Positions 17,090 to 27,223 are shown, counted from the first letter of the stretch. The stretch: DNA of 48,617 nucleotides from Actinomycetota bacterium (GCA_046765695.1 JBKPNA010000149.1:1-48617), one strand, 5' to 3'. Numbers and translations: made by a program. The notes: generated by a model not told the origin, from the letters alone.

Positions 17090-19899
17090 CGTGGCGGCAT
17101 ACCGGTCGCCAGCAGCTTTGCCAGAGTGATTGAGGGGCGGCCGGCCAGCTCCGCCAGCTGGGTTCGGCAGGAGAAGCCGTCGGCCAGTACGACGGCGTCC
17201 GGGCGGGCAGTGACCGCCGGCAACAGGTCATGTTCGGCGATCTTCACCGACACCTCGTAGTGGCCTTTCTCCACTCCGAAGTTGCCGGCCAGACCGCAGC
17301 AGCCGCCGACGGTGGTCACCGTCGCCCCGGTGCTGTCGAGCAGCGCCGCGTCCGCCCGCCAGCCCAGCACGGAGGCGTGGTGGCAGTGCGGCTGAGCCAC
17401 GATCTCCAGACCGGAGAGGTCCGGCGGAGTCCAGTTCTCGGTCCGGGCCAACAGCTCGGCGAGGGTGAAGATGCCCCGGCGCACCTCATCCACCCGCGGA
17501 TCGTCCGGCAGCAGATGGCCGGCATCGCTTCGCCAGACGGCGGTGCATGACGGCTCGAGCCCGACCACCGGGATGCCGGCGGCGACAATGGGATGGAGCA
17601 CCGCCAACGCTGCCCGCAGCTGCCGACGGGCCCCCTCGAGTTGCCCTGTGCTGATCCAGGTCAGGCCGCAGCAGGCATGCCGTTCCAGAAACCGCGGGGC
17701 GTAACCTGCCGCGGTCAGCACCTCCACCACCGCGGCCACCCCGTTTCCGGGAAAGCTGTCGGAGAAGGAGTCCACCCAGACGAACACTGGCCGGCCGTCC
17801 GGGGCTGCCGGGAGCAACGTCCGGCGCCGCGCCGCCCGGTCCGCGAACCGCGGCAGCGTACGCCGCTGGTCGACCCCCGCGACCCATCGGACGACCCGGC
17901 GGAGCCCGGGCGTTGCCGTGCTCAGGTTGACCAGGCTCGCCAAGGCAGGGTGCCGGGTGATCAGCCGGGCCCACCGGGGCAGCCAGCCGAGCGCGTAGTG
18001 GCTGCGTGGCCGGATCCGGCGTGCGTACGTCCGGTCCAGCACCTCCGCCTTGTACGCAGCCATGTCGATTCCAGTCGGGCAGTCGCGGGCGCAGCCCTTG
18101 CAGGAGAGGCAGAGATCGAGTGCCGAGTGCACCGCGGCGGACTGCCAGCCGCGCCGGACCACCGTGCCGTTGATCATCTCCTGCAGCACCCGGGCCCGGC
18201 CGCGGGTGGAGTCCTTCTCCTCCCGGGTGGCCTGGTACGACGGGCACATCACACCCAGTCCCGCAGTGTTGTCCGCCAGGCACTTGCCCACGCCGGTGCA
18301 CCGGTGGACCACCTCGGCGAAGTGGTCGAACCGGCCCACCAGAGCGGTCGTGCGAAAGTCCTCGGTCACCGGACGGGGGTCGACCAGGACGCCCGGGTTG
18401 AGCCGGTTGTCCGGGTCGAAGCACGCCTTGACCTCGCCGAACAGCTGAAGGGCGGCGGGGGAGTACATGGCGGGTAGCAGGCCTGACCGGGCCCGACCGT
18501 CGCCGTGCTCGCCGGACATCGACCCGCCGTACCCGGCGACGAGCCTGGCCGCCTGATCCACAAATGTCCGGTAGGCCGCAACACCGCCCGGTTCGGTGAG
18601 CGGGAAGTCGATCCGCACGTGGACGCAGCCGTCACCGAAGTGGCCGTACGGCAGCCCCGCCAGTCCATGGTCGGCCAGCAGTGCGTCGAAGTCGCGCAGG
18701 TAAGCCCCGAGATGGTCCGGCGGCACTGCCGCGTCCTCCCACCCCGCGTACGCCGGCCGGGCCAGGCTGACCCCCGCAAGTCCAGCGCCGTCCTCCCGGA
18801 TCTTCCACAGGGCGAGCGCCTCCACGGGGTTGCTGACCACCCGGGCGTCGACGACACAAGCCGCCCGAACCAGGGCATCGGCCCGGTGCCGTAGCTCAGC
18901 GGGATCGTTCCCGACGAGCTCGACGAACATCCAACCGTCCCCGCGAGGCAGTGGCGGCACGGCGGCGTCCCCGCGGCTGCGCCGAACCACGTCGATGATC
19001 CGCCGGTCGAATCCCTCGGCCGCGGTCGGCTGGTGCGGCAACACCAGTGGGGCGGCATCACCGGCATCGGCCATGGTGGCGTAGCCGAGCGCTACCATGA
19101 TCTTGTGCGGGGCGTCGGCCACCAGCCGTACGGTCGCGCGGCTGACCACGGCGAGGGTACCTTCGCTACCGGCCAGGAAGCGGGCGACATCGAAGCGGTT
19201 CTCCGGCAGCAGATGCTGCAGGCTGTATCCCGAGACCTGGCGGCCGAAGCGGCCGAACTCGGTCCGGATGGTGGCCAACTGACCCGCGACCAGGGACCGC
19301 AGTCGCTGCTCCATGGTTGAGCGGCCGGGCTCCCCGCCGTCGCCGACCACGATCCGCTCGCCGGACCCGGTCACTGCGTGCAGCCCTACCACGTTGTCGG
19401 CAGTCTTGCCGTAGCCAAGGGCGCGCGGGCCGCAGGCGTTGTTGCCGATCATGCCGCCGATGGTGCAGCGGGTATGCGTCGACGGGTCGGGCCCGAATCG
19501 CAGGCCGAAGGGTGCCGCCGCGCGCTGCAGCGCCGCCTGGACCACGCCCGGCTCCACCCGGGCCAGCCGTGCCTCCGGGTCGATCTCGAGGATCCTGTTC
19601 AGGTGGCGGGCGGTGTCAACGACCAGCCCTGGGCCGACCGCGTTGCCGGCGATCGAGGTTCCGGCGCCGCGGGTGGTGACAGCCATTCCCGCCGTCCGCG
19701 CGGCGTCCAACACGATCTCCAGCTCCTCCACCGTGCGGGGCCGGGCCACCGCCTGTGGCGGGACCCGGTAGAGGGAGGCGTCGGATGAGTAGAGCGCCCG
19801 GGCCAGCGTGCTGGTGTCGAGGATGGTGCCGAGGTTCTGCTGCCGCAGCTGTGCCCTCAGTTCGGCGAGCTCGGTCGAGACAGGGGCGTGCGGGCGCAT
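17086..19899 (-). CDS. FAD-binding, Fe-S-containing oxidoreductase (GlcD/GlcF-like fusion, 2-hydroxyacid dehydrogenase family)
   Basis: YSSDASLY, RGAGTSIAG, GGMIGNNACG, GSEGTL, GEHGDG, CTGVGKC, CLSCKGCARDCP, CCG motifs; start could be 19899 or 19920. Confidence 0.92.
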   Translation of the reverse strand: MRPHAPVSTELAELRAQLRQQNLGTILDTSTLARALYSSDASLYRVPPQAVARPRTVEELEIVLDAARTAGMAVTTRGAGTSIAGNAVGPGLVVDTARHLNRILEIDPEARLARVEPGVVQAALQRAAAPFGLRFGPDPSTHTRCTIGGMIGNNACGPRALGYGKTADNVVGLHAVTGSGERIVVGDGGEPGRSTMEQRLRSLVAGQLATIRTEFGRFGRQVSGYSLQHLLPENRFDVARFLAGSEGTLAVVSRATVRLVADAPHKIMVALGYATMADAGDAAPLVLPHQPTAAEGFDRRIIDVVRRSRGDAAVPPLPRGDGWMFVELVGNDPAELRHRADALVRAACVVDARVVSNPVEALALWKIREDGAGLAGVSLARPAYAGWEDAAVPPDHLGAYLRDFDALLADHGLAGLPYGHFGDGCVHVRIDFPLTEPGGVAAYRTFVDQAARLVAGYGGSMSGEHGDGRARSGLLPAMYSPAALQLFGEVKACFDPDNRLNPGVLVDPRPVTEDFRTTALVGRFDHFAEVVHRCTGVGKCLADNTAGLGVMCPSYQATREEKDSTRGRARVLQEMINGTVVRRGWQSAAVHSALDLCLSCKGCARDCPTGIDMAAYKAEVLDRTYARRIRPRSHYALGWLPRWARLITRHPALASLVNLSTATPGLRRVVRWVAGVDQRRTLPRFADRAARRRTLLPAAPDGRPVFVWVDSFSDSFPGNGVAAVVEVLTAAGYAPRFLERHACCGLTWISTGQLEGARRQLRAALAVLHPIVAAGIPVVGLEPSCTAVWRSDAGHLLPDDPRVDEVRRGIFTLAELLARTENWTPPDLSGLEIVAQPHCHHASVLGWRADAALLDSTGATVTTVGGCCGLAGNFGVEKGHYEVSVKIAEHDLLPAVTARPDAVVLADGFSCRTQLAELAGRPSITLAKLLATGMPPR

Positions 19900-19936
19900 A
19901 GTTCTCCCGAGGTTAGCCACTGAGGACGGCGGCTGG

Positions 19937-20404
19937 TCAGCGGTCGCCGTCGGCGGCGATGACCGCAGTGAACGCCCGGCCCACCGCTGCGAGGTCCTCC
20001 TCCGACATCACTTCGATGAAGTTCCGGCGGACCGTTTCCACGTGGGTGGGCGCGGCCTGCTTGATCAGCTCGAAGCCCTCGGTGGTGAGCTCGGCCCAGA
20101 CGCCACGGCGGTCAGTCGGGCAGTCGGTCCGCTTGACCAGTCGGTCTGCCTCCATCCGGCTGATCGTGTGGGTCAGCCGGGACCGTGACTGGTGCACAGC
20201 GTCGGCCAGCTCGGCCATCCGGAGTCGCTGCCCCTCCGTCTCCGACAGCACGACCAGGATCTCGTACTCGGCATGGTCAAGGCCGAACTGTCGGAGATCG
20301 GCGTCGATCCGCTCCTGCAGCAGCGCACTGCCCAGCAGATAGGCGCGCCAGATCTGCTGCTGCTCGGCAGTCAGCCATCGTGGTGCAGCTACCAGCTGCG
20401 TCAT
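19937..20404 (-). CDS. MarR-family transcriptional regulator
   Basis: RWLT.EQQ..WRAYL, EYEILV.LSE, LRMAELA..VHQSRSRLTH, DRRGV.A.LT; TACGAT 7 nt upstream of ATG. Confidence 0.92.
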   Translation of the reverse strand: MTQLVAAPRWLTAEQQQIWRAYLLGSALLQERIDADLRQFGLDHAEYEILVVLSETEGQRLRMAELADAVHQSRSRLTHTISRMEADRLVKRTDCPTDRRGVWAELTTEGFELIKQAAPTHVETVRRNFIEVMSEEDLAAVGRAFTAVIAADGDR

Positions 20405-20535
20405 AGGCCCAATCGTAGGTGTCGGTATGACTATCAACGCGCAGTTTTGTGCCGGTTGCGTGCGGCGAAACTGATCAAACCACACTTCGCGCGACTCGGG
20501 GCGGGACGTAGGTAACGGACACGTAGGCTCGAAAG

Positions 20536-21759
20536 GTGCCCGAGGCCGTCATCGTCGCCGCCGCCAGAACGCCGATCGGGCGGGCGCGCAAGGGATCCCT
20601 GGTCGACGTACGCCCCGACGATCTGGCAGCCGGGGTGATCCGTGCAGCGCTGGCGCAGGTGCCGGCACTGGACCCCGCCGAGTTGGACGACCTCTACGTT
20701 GGCTGTGCCCATCCCCAGGACGAGCACGGTGGCAACGTGGCCCGGCGGATCGGGGTGCTGCTCGGATTGGACGGCGTGCCGGCGGCCACGGTGAACCGGT
20801 TCTGCGCCTCCAGCGTGCAGACCGCGCGGATGGCGTACCACGCGATCAAGGCGGGGGAGGGAGACGCATACGTCTCGGCCGGGGTCGAATGTGTCTCGCG
20901 TTACCGCGGGTTCGCCTCTGCCGGCGTCGACCCTGTCGACACCCACCACCCGAGCTTTGCCGACGCCGAGCAGCGTAGCGCGGCGTACGCGGCGAGCAAC
21001 GAGGTCTGGCACGATCCGCGCGACGACGGTCAGCTACCCGATGTCTACATCGCCATGGGCCAGACCGCGGAGAACGTCGCGACGCTGCGAGGAATCTCCC
21101 GGCTGGAGCAGGACGAGTTCGGCGTTCGCTCCCAGAACCTGGCGGAGAAGGCCATTGCGAACGGCGTGTTCGCCGCCGAGATCGCCCCCGTGAACCGCCC
21201 GGACGGAGTGGTGGTCACCGTCGACGACGGACCCCGGCCCGGCACGACCCTGGAGGCCGTCTCGGCGCTGCAACCGGCCTTCCGGGCCGCCGGCACCGTC
21301 ACCGCCGGCAACTGTTGTCCCCTGAACGACGGCGCCGCGGCGGTGGTGATCATGAGCGACCGGCGGGCGGCCGAGCTGGGACTCACTCCGCTTGCCCGGA
21401 TCGTGGCAACGGGGGTCAGCGCGCTCAGTCCGGAGATCATGGGTCTTGGCCCGGTCGAGGCCAGCCGGCGAGCACTGGCCCGGGCCGGCATGACGATCGA
21501 CGACATCGACCTGGTGGAGATCAACGAGGCGTTCGCGGTCCAGGTCATCGCCTCGGCGCGCGACCTGGGCCTGGACATGGATCGGCTGAACGTGCACGGC
21601 GGGGCGATTGCGCTCGGCCACCCGTTCGGCTCCACCGGGGCCCGGATCATGACCACCTTGATCAACGCCATGCGGCTGCACGACGTCTCCCTCGGGCTGG
21701 AGACGATGTGTGTGGGTGGCGGCCAGGGGATGGCAGTCGTGCTGGAACGGCTCGCCTGA
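20536..21759 (+). CDS. Acetyl-CoA C-acyltransferase (thiolase)
   Basis: NRFCASS, GNCCPLNDGAAA, EINEAFA, GGAIALGHPFG, MCVGGGQG; TAGGCT 6 nt before GTG. Confidence 0.95.
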   Translation: MPEAVIVAAARTPIGRARKGSLVDVRPDDLAAGVIRAALAQVPALDPAELDDLYVGCAHPQDEHGGNVARRIGVLLGLDGVPAATVNRFCASSVQTARMAYHAIKAGEGDAYVSAGVECVSRYRGFASAGVDPVDTHHPSFADAEQRSAAYAASNEVWHDPRDDGQLPDVYIAMGQTAENVATLRGISRLEQDEFGVRSQNLAEKAIANGVFAAEIAPVNRPDGVVVTVDDGPRPGTTLEAVSALQPAFRAAGTVTAGNCCPLNDGAAAVVIMSDRRAAELGLTPLARIVATGVSALSPEIMGLGPVEASRRALARAGMTIDDIDLVEINEAFAVQVIASARDLGLDMDRLNVHGGAIALGHPFGSTGARIMTTLINAMRLHDVSLGLETMCVGGGQGMAVVLERLA

Positions 21760-21791
21760 TTCTCCGATCCCCTTCGGATAACCTCGTCGGT

Positions 21792-23600
21792 GTGACCGAC
21801 ACGACACTGCTGGCAACGCGGCCGGCATCGGTAGGGGCGATGCTGCTCGACCAGGTCGCCGCATCCCCGTCGAAGGAGGCGTTCCGCTACCTCGAGGGCG
21901 ACCGCTGGGTCTCGCTGACCTGGTCCCAGATCAAGGACAAGGCCTACCAGTTGGCGGCGGGGCTGCTGTCCCTCGGTCTCGAAGGCGAGGACCGGGTCGC
22001 GATCGCCTCCAGCACCCGAATGGAGTGGATCCTCGCCGACCTGGCGATCATGTGCGCGGGTGGCGCCACGACGACCGTCTACCCGACGACCACGGCCGAG
22101 GACGTCGCCTTCATCCTCGCCGACTCGGAGTCCAAGATCGTCTTCGCCGAGGACGAGGCCCAGGTGGCCAAGGTCATCGACAACCTGGACAACCTGCGTT
22201 CGCTGGTCGCCGTCGTACAGATCGACGGCAAGGTCGCACACGACAAGGTGATTGGCTGGGCCGATCTGGAGCAGCGCGGCACCGACTTCCTCGCGGGCAA
22301 CTCCACCGCGGTGGACGACGTGATCACGGGCATCCAACCGGAGCAGTTGGCCACCTTGATCTACACCTCCGGCACCACCGGCCGGCCCAAGGGCGTACGC
22401 CTGATGCAAGACAGCTGGACATACGTGGCTGTTGCCGTCGAGGCGTACGACATCATCAGCCCCGACGACCTGCAGTACCTCTGGCTGCCGCTGAGCCATG
22501 TGTTCGGCAAGGTGCTGATCGCGATCCAGCTGCGGATCGGCTTCACTACCGCTGTCGACGGACGCATCGACAAGATCGTGGAGAACCTGGGCCAGGTGCA
22601 TCCGACCTTCATGGCCGGCGCGCCCCGGATCTTCGAGAAGGTCAGGGCCCGGGTGACGATGACCGCATCTCACGGCCTGAAGGCCAAGATCTTCGCCTGG
22701 GCGTTCGGCGTCGGCCGCAAGGTGAGTCCGCTGCGGTTGGCCGGCAAGGAGCCCACGGGTCTGCTCAAGGCTCAGCACGCGCTGGCCGAGCGGTTGGTGT
22801 TCAGCAAGATCAAGGCCCGGATGGGCGGCCGAATCGGCTTCTTCGTCTCCGGGTCCGCCGTCTTGAACCGCGAGGTCCAGGAGTGGTTCTATGCCGCCGG
22901 CCTGCTCGTGCTCGAGGGCTACGGGCTGACCGAGACCAGCGCAGTGACTTGCGTCAACAATCCCCGTTCCACCCGGTTCGGGACAGTCGGCCCACCGATC
23001 CCCGGTACGGAGGTCAAGATCGCCGAGGACGGGGAGATCATGATCAAGGGCCCCGGTGTGATGCGGGGTTACCACAATCTGCCCGACGCGACGGCCGAGG
23101 TGCTCCGGGACGGATGGTTTGCGACCGGCGACATGGGTGAGCTGGACGACCACGGCTACCTGCGGATCACGGACCGGAAAAAGGATCTGATCAAGACCTC
23201 CGGCGGCAAGTACGTCGCTCCGCAGAAGGTCGAGGGTGTGCTCAAGGCCGTCTGCCCCTACATCAGCCAGGTGGTGGTGCACGGTGACGGCCGGAAGTAC
23301 GTGACGGCGCTGATCACGCTCGACCCGGAGGCCATCGACAACTGGGGCAGCGGGCAGACCCTGAACGCGGCATCGACCGAGGAACTTGCTGCCTCACCGG
23401 AGGTGCGCGATCTGATCCAGGGCTACGTCGACCAGGCCAATGCTCAGCTGGAGCGCTGGGAGACGATCAAGAAGTTCGCCATCCTGCCCGCGGAGCTGTC
23501 AGTCGACCAGGGCGAGGTGACGCCGAGTCAGAAGGTTCGCCGCAAGGCGGTGGAGCAGAAGTACGCCGACCGCCTCGACGCGCTCTACGACAAGGACTGA
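21792..23600 (+). CDS. Long-chain fatty acid-CoA ligase (AMP-dependent synthetase)
   Basis: IYTSGTTGRPKG, EGYGLTET, GWFATGD.G, ITDRKKDLIKTSGGK; TAACCT 7 nt before GTG 21792. Confidence 0.93.
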   Translation: MTDTTLLATRPASVGAMLLDQVAASPSKEAFRYLEGDRWVSLTWSQIKDKAYQLAAGLLSLGLEGEDRVAIASSTRMEWILADLAIMCAGGATTTVYPTTTAEDVAFILADSESKIVFAEDEAQVAKVIDNLDNLRSLVAVVQIDGKVAHDKVIGWADLEQRGTDFLAGNSTAVDDVITGIQPEQLATLIYTSGTTGRPKGVRLMQDSWTYVAVAVEAYDIISPDDLQYLWLPLSHVFGKVLIAIQLRIGFTTAVDGRIDKIVENLGQVHPTFMAGAPRIFEKVRARVTMTASHGLKAKIFAWAFGVGRKVSPLRLAGKEPTGLLKAQHALAERLVFSKIKARMGGRIGFFVSGSAVLNREVQEWFYAAGLLVLEGYGLTETSAVTCVNNPRSTRFGTVGPPIPGTEVKIAEDGEIMIKGPGVMRGYHNLPDATAEVLRDGWFATGDMGELDDHGYLRITDRKKDLIKTSGGKYVAPQKVEGVLKAVCPYISQVVVHGDGRKYVTALITLDPEAIDNWGSGQTLNAASTEELAASPEVRDLIQGYVDQANAQLERWETIKKFAILPAELSVDQGEVTPSQKVRRKAVEQKYADRLDALYDKD

Positions 23601-24425
23601 GTGAGTCCGTTCAGGTACCACTGCCCGGTGCGGTGGGGCGATTTGGACGCGCAGGGTCACGTCAACAACGCCGCGTACGTGGACTACCTCCAGGAGGCCC
23701 GCGTCCACTTCCTGCTCGACGGACCACCAGTCACCCAGCACCTGCTGGACTCCGGCGTGCTGGTGGTCAGCCACCAGGTGGAGTACCTGCGGCCGATCAC
23801 CTTCGGTGGCCGCACCCTGGCGATTGCCGTCTGGGTGGACGGGATCGGTGGCAGCCGGTTCTGGATCGGCTACGACGTGTTCGACGGGAACGACCTGGCC
23901 GCCCGGGCGCGGACGGCGCTGGTGCCGTTCGATCTCAGCGCTGGTGTGCTGCGCCGATTGACCTGGGAGGAGCGCGAGTTCTTCACCGGCCACCTGGCGC
24001 CGGCCGAGCCGCTGCGGCCGCTGCCACGAGTGCAGCCGGGCGGGAACGGTCATCGCTATCCGTTGACCGTTCGCTGGTCCGACCTGGACTCCTACGGCCA
24101 CGTCAACAACGTGAAGTTCTACGACTACATCCAGGAGGCCAGGATCGCCCTGGTCGACGAGACGGTGCACTGGACGCCCGAGACGGTGTGGATGGTGGCC
24201 AGGCAGGACGTCGACTATCTCGCCCCGCTGGACTTCCGCACCGAGCCGTACGAGGTGAGCACGCTGGTCACGGCCATCGGTACCCGCTCCTTCACCGTGG
24301 CCGCGTCGATCCTGGATCCTGGGTCAGGCACCGTCTACGCCGCTGCGAGGACGATCGTGGTGGGTACCTTCCCACTTACCGAGGCTCAGCGGGAGGCTCT
24401 CGCCGTGTGGAGGTCGGCTGGCTAG
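23601..24425 (+). CDS. Acyl-CoA thioesterase, tandem 4HBT/hotdog domains
   Basis: Two copies of VRW.DLD..GHVNN..Y..Y.QEAR. Confidence 0.92.
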   Translation: MSPFRYHCPVRWGDLDAQGHVNNAAYVDYLQEARVHFLLDGPPVTQHLLDSGVLVVSHQVEYLRPITFGGRTLAIAVWVDGIGGSRFWIGYDVFDGNDLAARARTALVPFDLSAGVLRRLTWEEREFFTGHLAPAEPLRPLPRVQPGGNGHRYPLTVRWSDLDSYGHVNNVKFYDYIQEARIALVDETVHWTPETVWMVARQDVDYLAPLDFRTEPYEVSTLVTAIGTRSFTVAASILDPGSGTVYAAARTIVVGTFPLTEAQREALAVWRSAG

Positions 24426-24435
24426 CGTAGGAACT

Positions 24436-25482
24436 GTGACAACAGCCGTCCCGCTTGAGCAGACCCAGGCCTTGCTGACAGAACCACGGCAGATCTCCGT
24501 GCGCACGGCCGCGGTGCCGGCTCCCGGTCAGCACCAGGTGCTGGTCGAGGTGGCGGCGGTCGGGATCTGCGGCTCCGACGTGCACTACTTCGACCACGGC
24601 CGGATCGCCGACTTCGTGGTCACCGAGCCGCTCGTGCTCGGCCACGAAGCCTCGGGCACGATCCGTGCGGTCGGTGCAGAGGTGATCGACCGTACGCCGG
24701 GGCAGCGGGTCGCGTTGGAGCCGCAGGAGACCTGTGGCCGTTGTAAGCAGTGCCTGTCCGGCCGCTACAACCTGTGCCCGCAAGTCCGGTTCTACGCCAC
24801 ACCACCGGTGCACGGGGCGTTCGCCCAGTACGTGCTGCTCGATGCCATCCGCGCTCACCCGGTGCCGGACGAGCGATCCGACGAGGCGGCCGCGTGGATC
24901 GAGCCGCACTCAGTGGCGGTCTGGGCGGCGCACAAGGTCGACATCGAGCCGGGGGACCGGGTGCTGGTCACCGGCGCTGGCCCGGTGGGACTCCTGTGCG
25001 CCGATGTCGCCCGGGCCCGCGGCGCCGCCTGGGTCGGGGTCACCGACACCAATGACCACCGGCTGTCTGTGGCTGCCGACCGCGGAGCCACGCAGACCGT
25101 CAACGTGGCGACCGAGTCCCTGGTCGAGGTCGTGGCGCCCGTCGACGTCGTGGTGGAGTGCAGCGGCGCCACGCCGGCCGTGCAGGCGGCGTTCGCGGTT
25201 GCGGCGCCTGCCGCGCGGATCGTGCTGGTGGGACTCGGTGCCCCGGCCATGGAGCTGCCGGTGGCCACCATCCAGATCCGGGAACTCACGGTGACCGGCA
25301 CCTTCCGCTACGCCAACGCCTATCCCGCGGCGATCGCGCTCGCCGCTAGCGGCGCGGTCGACCTGGACAGCCTGGTGACGGGGAAGTTCGGTCTTGAGCA
25401 GGTCGCCGAGGCCCTGACAGTGAGCAAGACCGACCCGCACACTCTCAAGCCGGTGGTCTATCCAGGCATGGCCCGGATCTAG
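24436..25482 (+). CDS. Zn-dependent NAD(P) polyol (sorbitol/xylitol-like) dehydrogenase
   Basis: GICGSDVH, LGHE, CGRCKQC...YNLC, GAGPVG, G.FRYAN.Y; TAGCGT 7 nt before GTG. Confidence 0.9.
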   Translation: MTTAVPLEQTQALLTEPRQISVRTAAVPAPGQHQVLVEVAAVGICGSDVHYFDHGRIADFVVTEPLVLGHEASGTIRAVGAEVIDRTPGQRVALEPQETCGRCKQCLSGRYNLCPQVRFYATPPVHGAFAQYVLLDAIRAHPVPDERSDEAAAWIEPHSVAVWAAHKVDIEPGDRVLVTGAGPVGLLCADVARARGAAWVGVTDTNDHRLSVAADRGATQTVNVATESLVEVVAPVDVVVECSGATPAVQAAFAVAAPAARIVLVGLGAPAMELPVATIQIRELTVTGTFRYANAYPAAIALAASGAVDLDSLVTGKFGLEQVAEALTVSKTDPHTLKPVVYPGMARI

Positions 25483-25513
25483 GGCCGCTCGTACCGGGTT
25501 GGCTGTCAAGCCA

Positions 25514-25643
25514 CGTTTGCCATCTCAAGATGGCTAACGAGGGCTCCGTACGGGCGATCGACACGCGTTTGCCGTCTCAAGACGGCAAACGTGGGTTCGG
25601 ACCCGCCGCTTGGCGCACGTTAGCCATCTTGAGACGGCAAACG
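25514..25643. repeat. Family B palindromic repeat, 3 copies
   Basis: 26-nt units at 25514, 25566 and 25618 (period 52, 52); the middle copy CGTTTGCCGTCT-CA-AGACGGCAAACG is a perfect 12-bp inverted repeat. Confidence 0.92.
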
Positions 25644-26090
25644 CGGCAGCAACGGTGGTCCGATCGGTGCGGCACGCGGCGACTGGTGGGCGGGTGACTC
25701 GTCGAAGGTGTTGACCATGAACTGGGCCGCCCGCTCCAGATAGGTCCACAGCTCCGCGCGCAGCTCCGGCGCGAGGTCGAGGGAGTCCACCGCAGCACGC
25801 ATGTGGGTCAGCCAGCGGTCCCGCATCTCCGGCGTCACCGCGAACGGCGCATGCCGCATCCGCAGACGCGGGTGCCCGCGCTGCTCGCCGTACGTCGTGG
25901 GGCCGCCCCAGTACTGCTCCAGGAACATCCGCAGCCGAGTCTCGGCCCCGCCGAGGTCCTCCTCCGGGTAGAGGGCCCGCAGCGGCGGGTCGGCGGCCAC
26001 GCCCTCGTAGAACCGTCGGACCAGAGCGACGAACGTCTCATGGCCGCCGACGGCCTCGTAGAACGTGGGAACGGGTGCGGGTGTGGACAT
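25620..26090 (-). CDS. glbO: Group II truncated haemoglobin
   Basis: [33 protein letters not shown]...[12 protein letters not shown]. Confidence 0.93.
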   Translation of the reverse strand: MSTPAPVPTFYEAVGGHETFVALVRRFYEGVAADPPLRALYPEEDLGGAETRLRMFLEQYWGGPTTYGEQRGHPRLRMRHAPFAVTPEMRDRWLTHMRAAVDSLDLAPELRAELWTYLERAAQFMVNTFDESPAHQSPRAAPIGPPLLPRLPSQDG

Positions 26091-26172
26091 CGCTGACCAT
26101 TGTGACCCAAGCCGGAAGCCTGCTGGCAGGATGGGACGCGCTCTGTCCGCCACTCGTCGTCAGGAGATTTGC

Positions 26173-26607
26173 ATGGCCGCCACGCGTATCGCGGAAGCCC
26201 ACTGGGAGGGCTCACTCAAGGAGGGCAACGGCGAGGTTGCCCTCGTCTCGTCCGGCATCGGGACCTACCCGGTCACCTGGCGGGCCCGGACCGAGCAGTC
26301 GGAGGGAATGACCAGCCCCGAGGAGCTGATCGCCGGGGCCCACTCCACCTGCTTCTCGATGTCGGTGGCCAACGAGCTTGTCCTTGCCGGCAACCCGGCG
26401 CCCACCTCAGTCGACACCAGAGCCGAGGTCACGTTTCAGCCCGGTGGACCCGGCATCACCGGCATCAAACTCTTTGTACGAGTAGCGGTTCCGGGGATTG
26501 ACAAGGAGGCCTTCGACGCCGCCATCGCCGCGGCTGAGAAGAACTGCCCGGTGTCCCGTGCGCTGACCGGCACCACCATCACGGTTGAGGCGTCGCTGGC
26601 GGAGTAG
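26173..26607 (+). CDS. osmC: OsmC-family peroxiredoxin
   Basis: W.GSL.EG.G, TSPEELIAGAHSTCFSM, A.KNCPVSRAL; RBS AGGAG. Confidence 0.92.
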   Translation: MAATRIAEAHWEGSLKEGNGEVALVSSGIGTYPVTWRARTEQSEGMTSPEELIAGAHSTCFSMSVANELVLAGNPAPTSVDTRAEVTFQPGGPGITGIKLFVRVAVPGIDKEAFDAAIAAAEKNCPVSRALTGTTITVEASLAE

Positions 26608-27223
26608 TTCCGTCGGGCTCGGACTCCTCCGGGGGCCGGCCGGGGCCACCCTGGCTGAAGTTCCCCACTCGTAGCACCTCGCCGTTGCGGACATACCACT
26701 TCGTCCCGTCGTCGTCCAGGAGTTGGGTGACCCGCAGCCCGATGCTCTCCACGACTCCGGAGGCCTTCTCCATGTCGACGTAGTCGCCGACCCCGAGCTG
26801 ATCCTCCACCAGCATGAAGACACCGGAGATCAGGTCCTTGACGATGCTCTGCACGCCGAACGCAACGGTGACCGCGACAATCGAGGTGCCGGCCACGATG
26901 GTGGTGATGTTGAACCCCAGCTCGGCCAGGATCATCAGCCCGGCAATGACGACGAGGATGAGGGTCGATGCGCTGCGGCCCAGCGAACCCAGCGCGGCGA
27001 TCCGTTGGGCCCGGCGTTCGGCCGGCAGGCTGGTGGCGTCGATCAAGGCCTGAGCGGGGCGGAACTTGAGTTTGGGGTGGTGCCCGATGGCTCTGTCGAC
27101 GGCGCGGTTGATCAAGCGGTGCACGACCAGCCGAACGACCGCCGTCACGACGATCAGGAAGAGGATCCGCAGCGGGGTGAAGACCACAGTCTCGGCGAGA
27201 TTGTGAGGAAACCAGTCCGGCAC
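26579..27223 (-). CDS. Small-conductance mechanosensitive channel (MscS family, short form)
   Basis: AFGVQSIVKDLISG.F.L.EDQLGVGDYVD, G.VE.IGLR.T, WYVRNGE..RV.N.S; start uncertain (GTG 27223 chosen). Confidence 0.88.
   Translation of the reverse strand: MPDWFPHNLAETVVFTPLRILFLIVVTAVVRLVVHRLINRAVDRAIGHHPKLKFRPAQALIDATSLPAERRAQRIAALGSLGRSASTLILVVIAGLMILAELGFNITTIVAGTSIVAVTVAFGVQSIVKDLISGVFMLVEDQLGVGDYVDMEKASGVVESIGLRVTQLLDDDGTKWYVRNGEVLRVGNFSQGGPGRPPEESEPDGTTPPATPQP

Noticed and set aside
21315-21791. Extended start of the CoA ligase (761 aa)
   Set aside because: It overlaps the thiolase in another frame; GTG 21792 has a -10-like element.
25514-25643. CRISPR interpretation of the palindromic family B triplet
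   Set aside because: Repeats differ between copies, the third has an inverted centre and overlaps a CDS, and there are no cas genes.
26579-26607. 29-nt convergent overlap of osmC and mscS
   Set aside because: Short 3' overlaps with low-complexity tails are common in high-GC genomes.
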